Source: Klebsormidium nitens (lineage: Eukaryota > Plantae > Klebsormidiophyceae). Taken from it: a DNA stretch of 64,000 bases. The translations under genes were made by a program, and so were the position numbers. Of the stretch, positions 11,001-24,076 are shown one piece after another. Location: positions 117,143-181,142 of the forward strand of contig DF237078.1 in NCBI GenBank assembly GCA_000708835.1, written 5' to 3'. Below the pieces are notes generated by a model. The model had not been told where the DNA came from and did no database searches. It saw only the letters and a program-made list of their open reading frames with translations. Within the stretch, counting starts at the first letter, position 1. Each line of letters starts with the position of its first letter.

Positions 11001-12816
11001 TTATTGATCTGCCTTTGACGGAACCTGCAAACGAAGATGTTGATGTCAAAGCAGCAACAAGATTCTGGCGGGTGGAAGGCAAGTAAACCTATTGCAACCA
11101 CCATCGTTGTCTTCTAAGAGAAGCAGTTGGGCTAAGAGTGGAAGAATTCCTTCAGATCTACTACTCGTCTTGACAAAAGTAGGCAGACACGAATGTGCAA
11201 AAGCGTCATTCGGATTTCGTGAAAATTTGGTAGGCAGTACCTTGTCAGTATGTGAATGCCCATCGTCGTGGTTTGCAGAATGACCATGGGCGTGATGATC
11301 CCACGGGTGCCGCAGTCCCTGCATGTGCAGCCATGTAATCCACTATTAAGCTCTATTCAGAGATCCGATTATGTGACAGACAAATGGAGCTGATCATGAG
11401 GGCCAGGCAAGTTTCCACCTATACCAAAACAAGCAAACAGTACAAGTCTCAAATAGGAGTAACAGATACTTACTAGAAAGACAGCCCCGTCCTCCTTGGC
11501 TCTGTATAGGATCCAAAACCTGCAGCAGAGAGAGAGCAAGAATGAAACGAATAATATACGCACAGCCCAAAGACTTGTGCAGGGGCCAGGCCCCTCTACT
11601 CTCAAGGAAGGTTCTTGCTGGCTTCGCAGTTTCTCGTAAGCTCTCCTTACTGTCATAAGTGTTTCCTTCCTCAAGCAATGGACTCTGCAAAGGAGCAAAA
11701 GACTTCAAAACACGCTGGACAACTCTTATGCCCCAATGCGCCGCAAAAATGGCTGGCCACTTGAACGAGCAGGATCCCTTGACAAATCCCAGGTTTTACA
11801 CATGGACACCGAGGCCCCGAAATCTTGATGAACCGAGCTCTTATAGTTTCTTGCACCACTGACAACAACCTGGTTGCTCCTCCTGGTTGCGTTAAGAGGC
11901 CATTTGCATCAGCTACCATGGGCAACCAACAGGTTGCTGCCCAATCCTACCGTGAAAAGGGGTGCACATTTACAAGATTGGAGCTCAAAATCTAAAGAGA
12001 TTCCTGGCTTCAAATCCAGAATGCAATGCAATCTCCGATGCTTAAGTGCGGGCAGCTTTTGCAAAGACAGATGATTAGCGCAAGGGCAAGCAAGCCAATT
12101 CCACATGAAATTGCATCGAGTTGCTCGTCCACAAATCAGCCAAAGTACAAACTTTCACTGCGGGCCATGCACGGAATGTTGGAGGCAAGTGAGTTTCGAG
12201 TACAATTATGAATAGCTAAATCAAGAGCGCAACGCAGTGCCTAGCGCTGCAGGTGCTTCTATCGATATTCTGAGGCACAACACGCTTGCATCCTGGCAGA
12301 CGACCCGAGCACACAATGCGATTGAGGCGTTCAAAGACATTACATCAGATCAAGGAAGACCCCAATAGAGAATATTGATCACCGGATGCAATACATCCAC
12401 ATACTCAGACTTTCTGGAGAATTCTGCAAATGCCTAACATCCAATTTCACCATTACTAGGGCCCGGATTCACCTAGCAAGAAGTTTCGAGCTCTTGGATG
12501 ATGCCGGCAAGCGACGTGATTGACTCCTCAGAGAGAGTTCCACTTAACAACGCTTGACAAACATACTCGGACGCAGCATGGAACTATATCAAAACAGAGC
12601 TTTGGGAAAGCCTACTAGTAAGAAGTTTGTAGACGGGTTGTATGTACCATCCAGACAAAGAGGAGAAAAACCTGGAAAAGAGTCTGAGAACCTGACAATC
12701 TGGACAACTCACCACATGAGCGCACACATTCCCTGCCCTGTCCGGACCTGCCACCGCTTTGGAGGATACAACGTGAGACCTGCATATGTGATGCCAGGCC
12801 CATGTCCCCCTGCCAT
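11001..12816 (-). CDS. NDUFB2: Mitochondrial complex I subunit NDUFB2 (AGGG), 83 aa
   Basis: Exons 12816-12713, 11519-11474, 11318-11241 and 11024-11001 join in phase to give MAGGHGPGITYAGLTLYPPKRWQVRTGQGMCALMWFWILYRAKEDGAVFLGLRHPWDHHAHGH...VPSKADQ*. This matches the recalled plant AGGG pattern (G.TY.G.T.H.PK.W....G.G.CA.MWFWILYRAK.DG.V..G.RHPW plus a His-rich tail). The ORF track does not show it as one ORF. Confidence 0.92.
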
Positions 12817-13129
12817 TGTGCAGACCGGAATCAACTCAACTTGGCCCGTGCCCCCGCAAACTGCAAAACCCAATGCCTGAAGTTGGGCAAACAAAAGCGA
12901 CCCAGCAGCTTGCCACTCGACTTGGCTCCACTCAGCTGCTCCAGAACTATAGAATCTTATTGCATGCCCTCCACACCTTTGGCAGCAGGCGCCCTGCCGG
13001 GGTATAGACTTCAAGTTCAACTTCAAGCTCCAGTGCCAGTGGCAGTGCTGGCCTCCGTCAAGACTCAAGAGTCAGACTCAGCTCGGCTATCTAGAGCTCC
13101 TTGCGCGAGGAAGTCGGAAGCCTGGTAGC

Positions 13130-13167
13130 AAACCCTAATGCCCTGATGAGTACCTTCAGAACCCTAA
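13130..13167. promoter_or_regulatory. Two telo-box-like motifs in the 5' region of NDUFB2
   Basis: AAACCCTAA at 13130-13138 and GAACCCTAA at 13159-13167, about 320 nt upstream of the NDUFB2 ATG. Confidence 0.35.
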
Positions 13168-14333
13168 TCCAGCCCTTCCAGGAAGGCTTCCTCACACACA
13201 TACGACCTCGATTACAATGGTTCGCAAAGCGAACGCAAGTGTTACATGGGTTGTGACATGGTCACAATAGTCCTGCATGCAAGCAATCATTAAGAATCGA
13301 AACATCTCATACTACCTCTAACCCACACTAGCTTCGACTACCCCCCTCAAGAACTGTAGTAGAACGCGTTACCGGACCCGCTAACTAACCCCACGTAAAC
13401 CGGTACTCTGACACTAGCACTGAAGACCCGGAGCCTGTAACGGGGTGTAGGCGGCTGCGCAAAGTCATATACTAGAGGGTCCCGGTCTTGTGAAGCACGA
13501 GCTGGCCCTCCTGCTGGTAAACGTGGTCCGCCACCGCCCTGCATGAAGGTGCCTTCCACGGCAGTCGTTGCTGATGATGTCCACCGCTTGATGTTGCGCC
13601 TCTCGTCCTCGATTCCCACATGTCGTGCCGCATGCTCACCATGCTCTTCTGCACTGTCCCCGATGGCATGGATGCCCGCTGCATAAAAGATGCCATGGAC
13701 TCCACCATTTACGAATCCCCTGCCAGAATGACCTCGCCTCTCTGCAATGTATCCTCTCACGCCAGTAGATGAGCGGATATCCACCGAATGTGACCCGGAG
13801 CCTATGAGGGTTGTCTGCGGCTGCGCAAAGTCTGTCAGTGTGCATTGAGGCGGAATCAACCGGCTGAGTCCCCTGCAATGGACTGAGCCCGAGAGGCTGT
13901 CTCTAAGAGCGATAGTCCCCGCCACCTCCATCATCCTGCAATCCGCTCTCCCAACCATTGCCACACACCCATCAGCCTGTTGCCAGGCTGCCACTCCCCT
14001 GGCCACCATGGCCGACCCCCAAACGCGGTGCACGAGACCGTTATCAGCTACCAAAAGTTAGGGCGCCCTAGATGCGCCCTTCAGGTGACAGAAATTCCTT
14101 GCTGCGCCTGCCCTGCTCTGATCGATTGGAAGGGGCTGTATATCCATCGCAGCAATCCAGCGACTGCAAAAGAGAAGGGAGGCTTGCAAATTCTCTGCCC
14201 TGCCAGATCGAGCCACTATCAGTCTCCGCAAGCACCTCTTCGACTTCTTCTATCGAAATTGCGCGTCCATGGCAGGCGCTCGTCGGTAGCCTCGGTCAGG
14301 GCGGGGCCATGACCGTCAAAGCCCGCTGACAGA

Positions 14334-17300
14334 ATGGCTCCCAACCGCTTCATCGACTACTTTGTGGTGTGCGGCCTGGGGCCGGAGCTGGTGTCAATCG
14401 AGGGCCAGAAGGGGTACCACGGGACCGCCGCAAAGTACCAGCCCGCGCTATTGGACCAGCTTCCTGTGAAGGATCATCCAGATGGGGGCCTGCCCCCACA
14501 GCTCCCCATGTGCTGCCTGCCTGGCGGGGTGGAGTTCTATGTGGCCGGGAGCAGCGAGACGGACTGGCCCATCCCAAAAACATATCCGGTCGTTTTGACG
14601 GGTGAGCGGGAGCGCATCTGCAGTTGTTCCCCTCATATGCTTAGTGCCAAGTCACTGCACCTTGTCCTCCTTCGTGGTCTGTGATTATTTCAAGGTGGTG
14701 TTCGATGAGATGAGCGCATTGATATGTTTCCCGATGTCTGGATGTTTTCATTACGGGCGCAGATCATGGGACTGTCTTGGAGTTGATGGATGCAGCCCCG
14801 CAGCCACACAGGTGTCCCTCCTCCTGAGTGGCATGTTTGGATAGATCAATCCAACTCAACAATCACCGAGAAGCGCTTTGCCTCTTTCATCACTTGCTGA
14901 CTCATGACCACCATGTGGGGGCGTGCAGAGGGTGACGGCACGAAGAACTACGTGAGCTGCCTCTCGTTCCGGGACCCCGTGGACGAGGACATCTCAGCAA
15001 CATACCGCATCCCCCCCAGCAGCTACTCCGACAAGGTCATCTGCATCGTCAGCCACTGGCCGTTCTTCGAGGTCTTCCGCGAGGTCCTCGAGGAGCTGCA
15101 CAAGCTCTGCTTCTCCCCCACCGGCAGCAGGTGCGCGTGTGCCCCACCCCATGGCTGGGGGGCGAAGCTTTTATTTGATCCATGCTCGGCTACAGGTTAC
15201 TCGTCCATATGCAGGTGTATAGGACTTGATTAAAGATCCCAAGGGGTCTGTAATCCAGAAGGTTGGGTAGTGTTTCGAAGCCCATCACTGCGGAGATTCG
15301 AGAAATGGCTACAGGGATGACTACAAATCTAGATGACTGCATCGGCTCTGGGTGCAAAGTTGGAAACCAAAATTCGTTTCACCATATGGCAGAGTCGTGA
15401 AGATTGATCATTCTAACTTCTTCTACTGGCTGGCCAAAACCTCTTGTAGATCTGGCGGTCAGATTGGGAAGGTAACCTTTCTCAGGAGTATTGTGGGGGA
15501 ACTGTGGGTACCATAGACTCCTCCACCCGACCTTTATGTTGCCGATTCGAAACCGCGTTGCCTACGTTTTCTCTGCTTGTCATTCACCTAACGTCAACTT
15601 TCGAGGACATCCAAAGCATTGCACTCAAAAATCTTAAGGAGATCCAAAGCATGGCACTCATAAAAGCCGAAGCCGCTGACACTTTCCCATCTTTCTTTGA
15701 CAGCAAACCCCTGTGGTCCACCATAACCGACTTGATCAGCGTCCCCCTGCCCGTGCCGGGCCAGTCCCAGGTCCTGTTTGCCGTGGAGAATTGCCTGCTC
15801 TCGGCCCAAGCGCCCCCCCGCGATGGCCTCCCGTACGCAGAGCTCTCTTTCCAGCCCCTGGTGCAATGTTTGGACATCGAGAAGTTCACGCGGGTCTTCA
15901 CGGCGGTGCTGCTGGAGAAGCGGGTCCTCCTCAGAGCCAGCAAGTGAGTTGGGAGTCTGCTTCTCCAGAAGAAAAAGTGGCGCCGTAAGCGACAGTTTAC
16001 GTTTTGCAGGGTTGGGGCAGGTCACAAAAGGAGGGAACGCAATGGGCGTTGGCAGCAGGGGGAAGGACACGACCTAGAAGTGCAGATTCCGTCGACTTTG
16101 GCAGAGGTACCGGTTCGAAGTCGAACAAAATTTCGCACGATTAAAGAAGGCCCCCTGATTCTACCGCTATCTCCCGTGTGAAACGGTGAATACAGGAACG
16201 TACAGGGGACTGGTTGTAGCTCTGCCTTCCATAAGCGATCCAGAGGGTTTTTGTACTGCAGTCGGACTCGTAATAATCCTCACTTACTCGTCAGAGGTTT
16301 CCATGGAACCGGAGCAAACTTCTCTTGATTGAGACCGGTCTGAGGCCCATCAGTAAAATATGCCCAAAATCCTTGGAAACTCCATCTCCTCTGGCAAAGT
16401 GAAACCCCAAAACATAGAATCTTCTAAATATTAAACCCGCCTTCCAGGTACTCGCTGCTGACGGTTGTGGCGGAGGCGCTGTGCCACCTGCTTTACCCAA
16501 TCAAGTGGCAGCACGTGTACATCCCGGTGCTGCCGTATGCGCTGGTCGACATCGTGGACGCGCCCACACCGTACCTCATGGGCCTGCACTCGGGGGTGCA
16601 CACCGGGGACATGCACCTCGACGGAGTCGTCGTCGTGGACCTTGACCAGAACCAGGTGCGGGGGTTGGGATTCTGGGATTTGGGAGTTCTAGGGGTTTGA
16701 ATATCTTTGCGTTTGAAACTCCAATTGGCTGACATTCGGTTGTCGGGTTGCGATTTTGGGCTTAGGCTCCGTTCCCATCTCCGGAGGTTGCCTCAAAAGA
16801 GTCGTGATACATTTGTGGCGCATGGTGCGCAGCAAAATCGTGATCGTCTAGGGCTCCCCGTCGAAAGTGTTCTTGAGTCCCGTGCATCGGAGTCTGTTGT
16901 GCGGTCTCTAGTCGCTATATGTTTCCGTTCATGCCTCACTTGCACGCTGGTGTTGCATGTTTCGCCATGCTCGTGCCCCGCTTCCGCAGCCCAAAGCATC
17001 CCGCCCCTCAACCCACTCGTCGATTCCCCTTCGATAGGGTAGTACAACCGAACACATTCCCCGGTTGCCGGAACCCGAGGGCACGGCCCTGCGGCGGGCC
17101 ATTTTGTAACTCGTACATTCCAACCTGGCATTCGTACAAACACAATCCCCATCCGTCTACTTCCCCTTTTCGTAGGTCAACACTACGGAAGATATCCCCC
17201 AATTGCCGGAACCCGAGGGCACGGCCCTGCGGCAGGCCATCCTGGAACTCGTGCACCCAAACCTGGCGGATATGGACCGGGCGCGCACGGGGGGCGGCGC

Positions 17301-20300
17301 CACTGACGGGATCAAGGCCAAGCGGCTGACGGGAAAACCCTGGTCGCGGGACCACGACCGGCGTTTCCGGTTAGGGCGCTGCGCTCCTTTGCATCTCCTA
17401 GGAGCCGGTTATCGGAGGTTGAACGGATGCTTGGAAGGGACATGATCTTCTAGCAGTCGGCATCTGTTCACCTGAAAGTATCAGAGCTTGCTCGACCCCC
17501 TGCCCCTTCGCTTTGCGTATTCTGGCTCAGCGATTTGATAGAACGCAGTAGCTGTGCCTGCCCCGTTTGGTGCAGTTTCCGATGTGCGTCAGATTCTTCC
17601 GTTTGACGGGTCCTCAAGCGGCAAGCGAGGCTTACCGCAAGCGCTCTCTTGCGTATCTGCAGCTTTGTGTTCCTCCAATTCTTTGCGTCCCTTCTGGAGA
17701 ATTACCGGGAGTACATCGACCACGACCCGGCCGCCGAGCAGCCCTTCAACAGCACGGCGTTCCTCCTCAAACGGACCAAGAATACGAAACGCCCCGCAGA
17801 GCCCATGGTAAGCCGCAAGACGATCAAGACAGTCGACATGCAGTCTCCTGGCATCTCACTCTCCACCTGCGTGCTTCGCTGAAGCACTCGCTTTCGAGAA
17901 ATACTTCTACAGTGCTTCCTTTGCGAACAGGAGCAGGGAAAATTATTATTCCGCTGTTGACCTGTTGCGGAGGGGGAAAAAGCGATGCGCGTTGGGCAGA
18001 GGTTCAACAGAAAAGATACGGGGGAACTCAAAAAGTCATTGTTTCTGTTTCCAGCGTTTGCAGCTTTCTGATTTTCTGTCCCAACTGCCGCTCCCTAAAA
18101 CTCGCCATGCTCTTCACTAAGTGTTCTCTGCTCTTGTGACACTTGTCCCCGTTCCTCGCACAGCTGTCGCAGCTGCTGGGCTCCCAAGGTTTCATCGACT
18201 TTCTGGAGCGTGGGTACGGCTCCGAGCGGGCCGGCCCCAACATGCTGGACAAGGTCATGCTGGCCGCCGAAAGCGGCACCGGCGGGGGAGACGCTCTGCT
18301 GGCTCCGCCGCGCCCCGCCCAGACGGAGATCATCACGGTGCAGTCGACAACGCACACGAAGGAGGGATCGAGTGAGTCTCTTTCGGAAACGTCATTTGTG
18401 GACTCCTTGGTTTTATTTTAGTCTTTTAGTCTGAGACAACGAGTTCGTGTCCTATGGGCTCTTTCCGACCTGGCTTGGTTGGACCGCAATCGCGTCTCTC
18501 CGTGCCTCGTGCTATTTTTGGTTCGTCCGTTTTGTTCCAAGGCACGCTCTTCTGGGTTGGTGTTTCAAAATCGCTTGGATTCGATTTTGAAAATGAGGGT
18601 CAATTATCTCAGCGCAGTCCGAAGACCTTCGATGTCAGTAGGCAAAGTGGCTTCTATGCGCCACTCAGTTGCATTTTCTGTCAATAATGAGTCAGACAAG
18701 TCAACAGACTGGCCCAATCAATGTCTCCATCTACCCCTCCTTTCGTTGTTTACAATTCGTGTCAGCCCTCTCAGCCCCTCTGTCCCGTCGCCTTACCTTA
18801 TATTCTCTCTTTTCAAGGAAGAAGCTTTGTCAAGAAGATGGATGATCTTGGTAACACATGCTCAGTAAGTCAAACACGGTGATTGGAAGTCTCTCTCCCC
18901 GCACAGAAACATTTATCCGGATGAACTTGAGTCTTGCAACGGGCAACCTGCCGAGAACCGGCTTTCTTTCAACTCCCTCCCTGACCGCACTTTTGCACCC
19001 CGCTCTGCTCGCAGGCCGCCGGGGCCGCCACAGCTACGACCGTTTTCCCGCGGCGCCGCGCTCCCGCGAGGCCGAGGAACGGCGCAAGGCCCTGCTCGCG
19101 AGCGCTATGGCCGCGCTCAACCCCCAGGCCTCCCGGTCCGCAGCGGCGGCCGGGAGCGCGCCGAACGGGGGGCCCGCGACGCAGCGGCAGCGCGAGGGCG
19201 GGCCGCCGACCGTCACGGACCACAAGTCGCCGCAGGAGAGGGCGGTAGGTTGGCCGAGCTTTGATTTGGAAGTTTGTTGTGAGAGTGTGGGTATGGAGGG
19301 TTGCTTGGAGTGCAGATTCAGGGGTTGTATTAGCGCATTGTAGCATCAGATACGCACAAACTCCTTCCTTCTCTTCAGGCATCTCGTGACTTGGATTTGT
19401 ACTCGGAATGACCAGGCTTTTTCTCTCCAGGATTTCATGGTTGTGCAAAAGTAGATCAAAGTTCCGCTTTTTGTCCCCATATCCAGGTCTCGAATACGCG
19501 TCAACCCGTTACCGCAATCATGTACTCCCTTTGTACTCCCTTTCATTATCTTGCCTCGATTCTGACCACAAAGAACTGCCTGACTTTGTCCACTCATTGT
19601 GCCAACAGATAGGGTTACCGTCTTCACCTACCCGCTACCTATCCAGGCAAAGCACACTCTCAGTTCGTTTTGAAATAGGTATATCTTCATCGAACCGCTT
19701 CCTCGCATCTCTCTTCTCCCCCGTACTACCCCACCCCCAGGCTGAGCGCAAGCTAATGACTCCATCTGCGGAGAACCTCTTGATTTACAAGTTCTTCCCT
19801 TCCCTCACATTCCTCACGTCTCCCCCCTTTCTCCAGGCGGAGCGCGAGCTGATGATCCTGGACATCCGCGTGAAGCAGCAGGTGCTGTGGCGCAAGTTCC
19901 TGGAGATGCGCGGGCCCGACCTGGCCGCCTCCACCGAGTACGGCACGCTCTTCGCGCTCATCGACTCCGACCCCGACGGCTCCGGCGGCAGCGGCCTCGT
20001 CGAGTGCATCAGGTGCGCGCTGCGGCGGACTTTATTTTCGTGGATAGTTTGTGAAACTTTGGGGCGTGCATATGAAAATTACACCTCGCAATAAGCTTCA
20101 GGTGACAAACGAAGCGTCAAGGGTAAGGCAGGGGTCCAAGCTGCATTTCAAGCTCAAACCATTCGAGCCGTCAACGATAAACGAAGTTCCGTTGGACCTG
20201 CGTTGGCGGATTTTTGAAGCCGCGAGGACTCTTAGTTCCAAGACTAAGGCTTCGAAGAGCCTGGTTTTTTAAGAGGTTGTCCGTTTGCAGAGAGTTCATT

Positions 20301-23300
20301 CTAGAGGGCGGGTCGTGCGAGCTGGATAACGACCACTTTGACCCCGTCAAGGAACTGCTGAAGACGGTCGTCAAGCGGGCGACCTCTCGGGACGACTTCC
20401 TCACAGTCCAGGTAATGCTGCGCAAGCTTGGTCGCCTACGACCGCTGGCCAGTCCACCAGATCAGTCCCCCGGTTCTAAACCTGCTGTTCTGGCTTGATA
20501 GCGCGTTCTCGAGTGGCCGCTGTTCTTGAGCAGGCACTTTTGCGGAGCAACCCTTCTTCATTCGCGTCTTCTGGGGCAGGGGTTTTCCAAACTGGTAATA
20601 AGAGAGGCTTCGAAGATTGTGGTTCACGACGTTGATTCTCAGGAACGTCTCCGTTCTCCAGTTTCTGCAAGACGGGCAGAATTCGCTTGTCTGTTCCAGT
20701 ACTGTCCTTTTCTGCTCTCGACGTTATTCCCCTGACTTCGGAAACAATCTCAGACCATGCGCGAAGAGCTCTGCTCCTCTGCCGCCGGTGCGCTAATAAG
20801 GTACTGATCCGCACCTCGTGTTGCAGTTTGCGATGGACATCTCGGCGCAGCTGTTCCGTCGCGACTCCGCCTCCGTCTGCGACTACATCCAGCGCCACAT
20901 CGGGCACCTGCCCGTATGGGAGAGCCTACTCTTCTGGGAAACCGCCTTTGCAACGGCGATGGAGCAATGCCCGGAAAAGGGTCTCGGCCGCTCGCGCGTC
21001 GCGCTGCGCCAGCTTTTAATCCTCGCGGATCACATGGTCGGGTTGAGCGTTCCGGACGCAGAAGCGTGGGCCGCACTCGAAACAATCGCGCTAAGGAACA
21101 GTGTGGGGTATATTGAGTTGGTCAAACTGCGCGGCGCGCTCGCATTGATGGAGCAGTTACGGAGCGGTTATTGGGGGCTGACCCCCGGGCAGAAGGGCGG
21201 CCTCCAGCAGCGCAGCCAGGGTTTGCTTAACCTGGACGGGAACCACAACCCGGGGGAGTCGCTCGACGCGGCGGATCACAGCCAAGGGGACCTGAGCCTC
21301 AAAGTGCAGGCGTGGGCGCGCAGCATGTTTGCAAAGGAAAAGGTGACATTAGACACGAAACCTTCCCCGGGCAAAAACAAGGCGGAGAAGCTCCTCGGGG
21401 GGGGGCTCGTGGGGCGGACCAGCGTCGAGGGGAAGCTCGGGGGGGGGGCGGCAGGGATCCCCCGGGTTCAGGATTTTGCGGGGTCACGCGGAGGCGGTAA
21501 CCGCGCTGCACGTGGGAAACCGGGAGGAAGGGGAGGACGAGGGGGATCCCGGAGTGATTGCGAGCGGGTCGGCAGATTGTACAGTGAAGCTCTGGAACCC
21601 GGAGCGGCGGGGCGAGGAGCTGCTGTGTACCATGGAGGGGCATACCAAGTGAGTGCTCGGACAGAAAAAGTGGTAAATCTCGTGTTTTCTGATGGTCATC
21701 TGCGGTTGCATGCTTGTAACTTGTGAGGCGAACGTAATCACGTTCAGACTTTGTTGTGTTACCCTTTGTTTCACAATGTTGAAATGTATCCTTTGTAGAT
21801 CTTAGCCACTTTCGCCACTCAACCCGCTGCTTTCCTGATAACCAGTCAATCTCTAGATTCAATTGTCAAGAATTGGTATATTCACGCTCTTGTCATTGCT
21901 GTCCGTTCGTGCTGACCTCAAAATCGACGTGCCTGATATGGCGCTAAAGGCGTGCTCGTTACTCGTTGCAGACTGATCCGGTGCCTGGGATCCGACCGGA
22001 TTCGGCTCATTTCGGGCGCGGACGACGCGCGCATTGTCGTGTGGGACAAGAACAGCGGCCACCTGCTGGTCGATTTCAACGACCACGAAGACAAGGTGCG
22101 GCGCAGAGTGGCTGGCGTCGGCTGCTCTATAGCATATCAACCTCTTTTCTGTTTGAAGCAGAGGGGTTTCGGTAGGGGCTTCAGTTGAGTTGAAAGCCAA
22201 TAGCGGTACACTTCCGCGAGACATCTTTTGAGCAAGACGTTTGCCTACGAGCACTGTCCGAATCTTGCAGGTGTGCCACTTAGTGCCACTTAGAAGTCCT
22301 TTGAAGACAGAAGCTTTCAAAAGACCTTTGTAGGCGGGACGTCTCAACTGGTGCAGAGAATGGCCGTCGTTGTTCTGTTTACGTTCCTTTGCTTCTGGTT
22401 CCCAGAAGCGCGTCCTTGTTCGGTATGTCAAACCGAACTTGCCAAACCCCCAAACCCGCAACCCGTCAAGCCCTTTACCGGCTGAACCCTCCGGACTCCT
22501 CTCCGCTTGGGATTGCCGATCCATAAAACCTGGTTTCCGCCCCAAATTTCTAGAACTCCAAGTCCCTAACCGGCTGACCCGCGCAATTTCCGCCGCCCAG
22601 GTGAGCTGCGTCCGGCTGGTCCAGGGGCAGCAGGCGCTGTCCGGTTCGTACGATTGCAGCGTCCGCATGTGGGACCTGCGGACGAGCAAGTGCGTAGCGC
22701 TGCTGGGCAAGCACGCGGGGCCGGTCCTGTGCCTGGACCACGACTTTGCCACGGGGCTCGTCGCGACGGGGGGGACGGACGGCGTGTGCAACCTGTGGGA
22801 CATCCGGGGGGGGAAGCTGCGGCACCGCCTCGTGGGGCACAACAACTGGATCAGGTCCGACCCTCGTTTCCTCTCGTGCTAAGTTGTATCGTCTGTAGCG
22901 CTTTTTTGATGAGTGTGTGAGTGCTTTTGACCGGACGCCGGTTCCATGCCGTTTTGAAGATTCTCGTGGCGATTTTGCCCCGATAATCTATTTAACCCTG
23001 TCACTGGCATGATCAAGCCCGCACAGGCGCCGGCGAAGCGGCTTGGATACGAAATGGAGAATTTTAACAAGTTTGAAGAGCGTTCGTACGAGGGAGATCT
23101 CCCTTCAGCCCATTCGGTCCTTGCAAGAAGGATTCGGATTCCGGTCTGAGTTTATTGCAATTGTCTTTTCCCCAGGGCGGTGCGCCTGTCCAATGACACC
23201 CTGGTGACAGGCAGCGATGACTGGACGGCCTGCGTGTGGGGCGCCGCGAGCGGGCTGTGCGGGGCAGTGCTGGCGTGTCACAGCGGGGGGGTAACTTGCG

Positions 23301-24076
23301 TGGACTTCAGTCCAAGCGGGGATGGCATCCTCACAGGTGAGCTTTGGGCTGTCCCGTGCTCTTGATATTCTTGGGGGGAACTCCTTGGACGCTGCACCTG
23401 TCTCTTTTGAGGTTTTTTGGAAGTTTGCCGATCTCCCTTCGCGAATTGGTATTGGAATGATCTTGTTGTCGTTTCGCGACGACTGGATTGCGTAAATGGG
23501 AACCAATTTCAGTCCGCCTTAGCATTCCTACGTTCGCTCTCGGCGGTCGTGTGACTGCACTTCCTTGCTCAGAAGGGCTCGGGACATGAATCAACTTCCA
23601 GCAACGTATCCTTCCTTTGATGTTGCAGATGGGATCCTTTACAAACAGGCGATTCGTACTCCGTTCTTCGAGATGCTTTTGCCCGTTTTATAGCACGCGC
23701 CATCCTCTTGCGCTCTGCAGGTTCCGTGGACAGCACCGTCCGCTTCTGGGAGCGCGAGGAGGGCACCGCCAGCATGCGCTGCGTCGAGACGGTGGGCGTG
23801 CACAACGGCCCCATCCTGGGCGTCAAGGCGAGCGAGGCCTGGATCGCCATCGGGGCTGCGGACAACTCCATGGCGCTCTTCCACCGTCCGGAGGGCGTCC
23901 GAAGCAGCGTTAAGTCGCTCCAAAAGAGCAGAATGGCGGAATACCAGCTGCTGCGGACGATGCACAAAAGTGCTGCGATGGTGCGCGCCGTCGCGTGCGA
24001 TGTGATTCGCGCGAGGGTGTGCAGCGGGGGGCGGAACGGGGTTATTCGGCTTTGGGAGCCGTCGCTTCCCGGATGA
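14334..24076 (+). CDS. SCD1: SCD1 (STOMATAL CYTOKINESIS DEFECTIVE 1)-like DENN-domain + WD40 protein
   Basis: Exons 14334-14601, 14929-15130, 15704-15943, 16448-16655, 17176-17369, 17663-17807, 18164-18371, 19015-19244, 19837-20012, 20291-20411, 20827-21648, 21972-22095, 22601-22854, 23176-23336 and 23721-24076. DENN motifs (LFAVENCLL, VLLEKRVL, YPIKWQHVYIP, DAPTPYLMGLHS), plant SCD1 mid-region motifs (YDRFP, EYGTLFALIDSD..G.GGSG..ECIR) and C-terminal WD40 repeats ending RVCSGGRNGVIRLW. Every junction is in phase except exon 11, which has one nucleotide too many (see findings). Confidence 0.95.
17038..17130 (+). pseudogene. Decayed tandem copy of the first 31 codons of SCD1 exon 5, inside intron 4
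   Basis: Aligns without gaps to 17176-17268 (offset 138). It has its own TAG acceptor, a 31-nt identical core (17065-17095 = 17203-17233) and GAA>TAA at 17107-17109. Confidence 0.9.

Noticed and set aside
10940-11024. HMG-box-like peptide KQKPKNMSAYVHFF
   Set aside because: It is an off-frame reading of the last NDUFB2 exon and its 3' UTR; the in-phase frame stops after VPSKADQ.
13143-13200. CTGATGAG, resembling a hammerhead ribozyme core
   Set aside because: There is no stem II followed by GAAA and no compatible stems I/III.
13347-14054. 235-aa minus-strand ORF containing an imperfect 41-bp direct repeat (~13425 and ~13793)
   Set aside because: It starts at GTG, has no recognisable domain and lies in the divergent promoter between NDUFB2 and SCD1. 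Long chance ORFs are common at this GC content.
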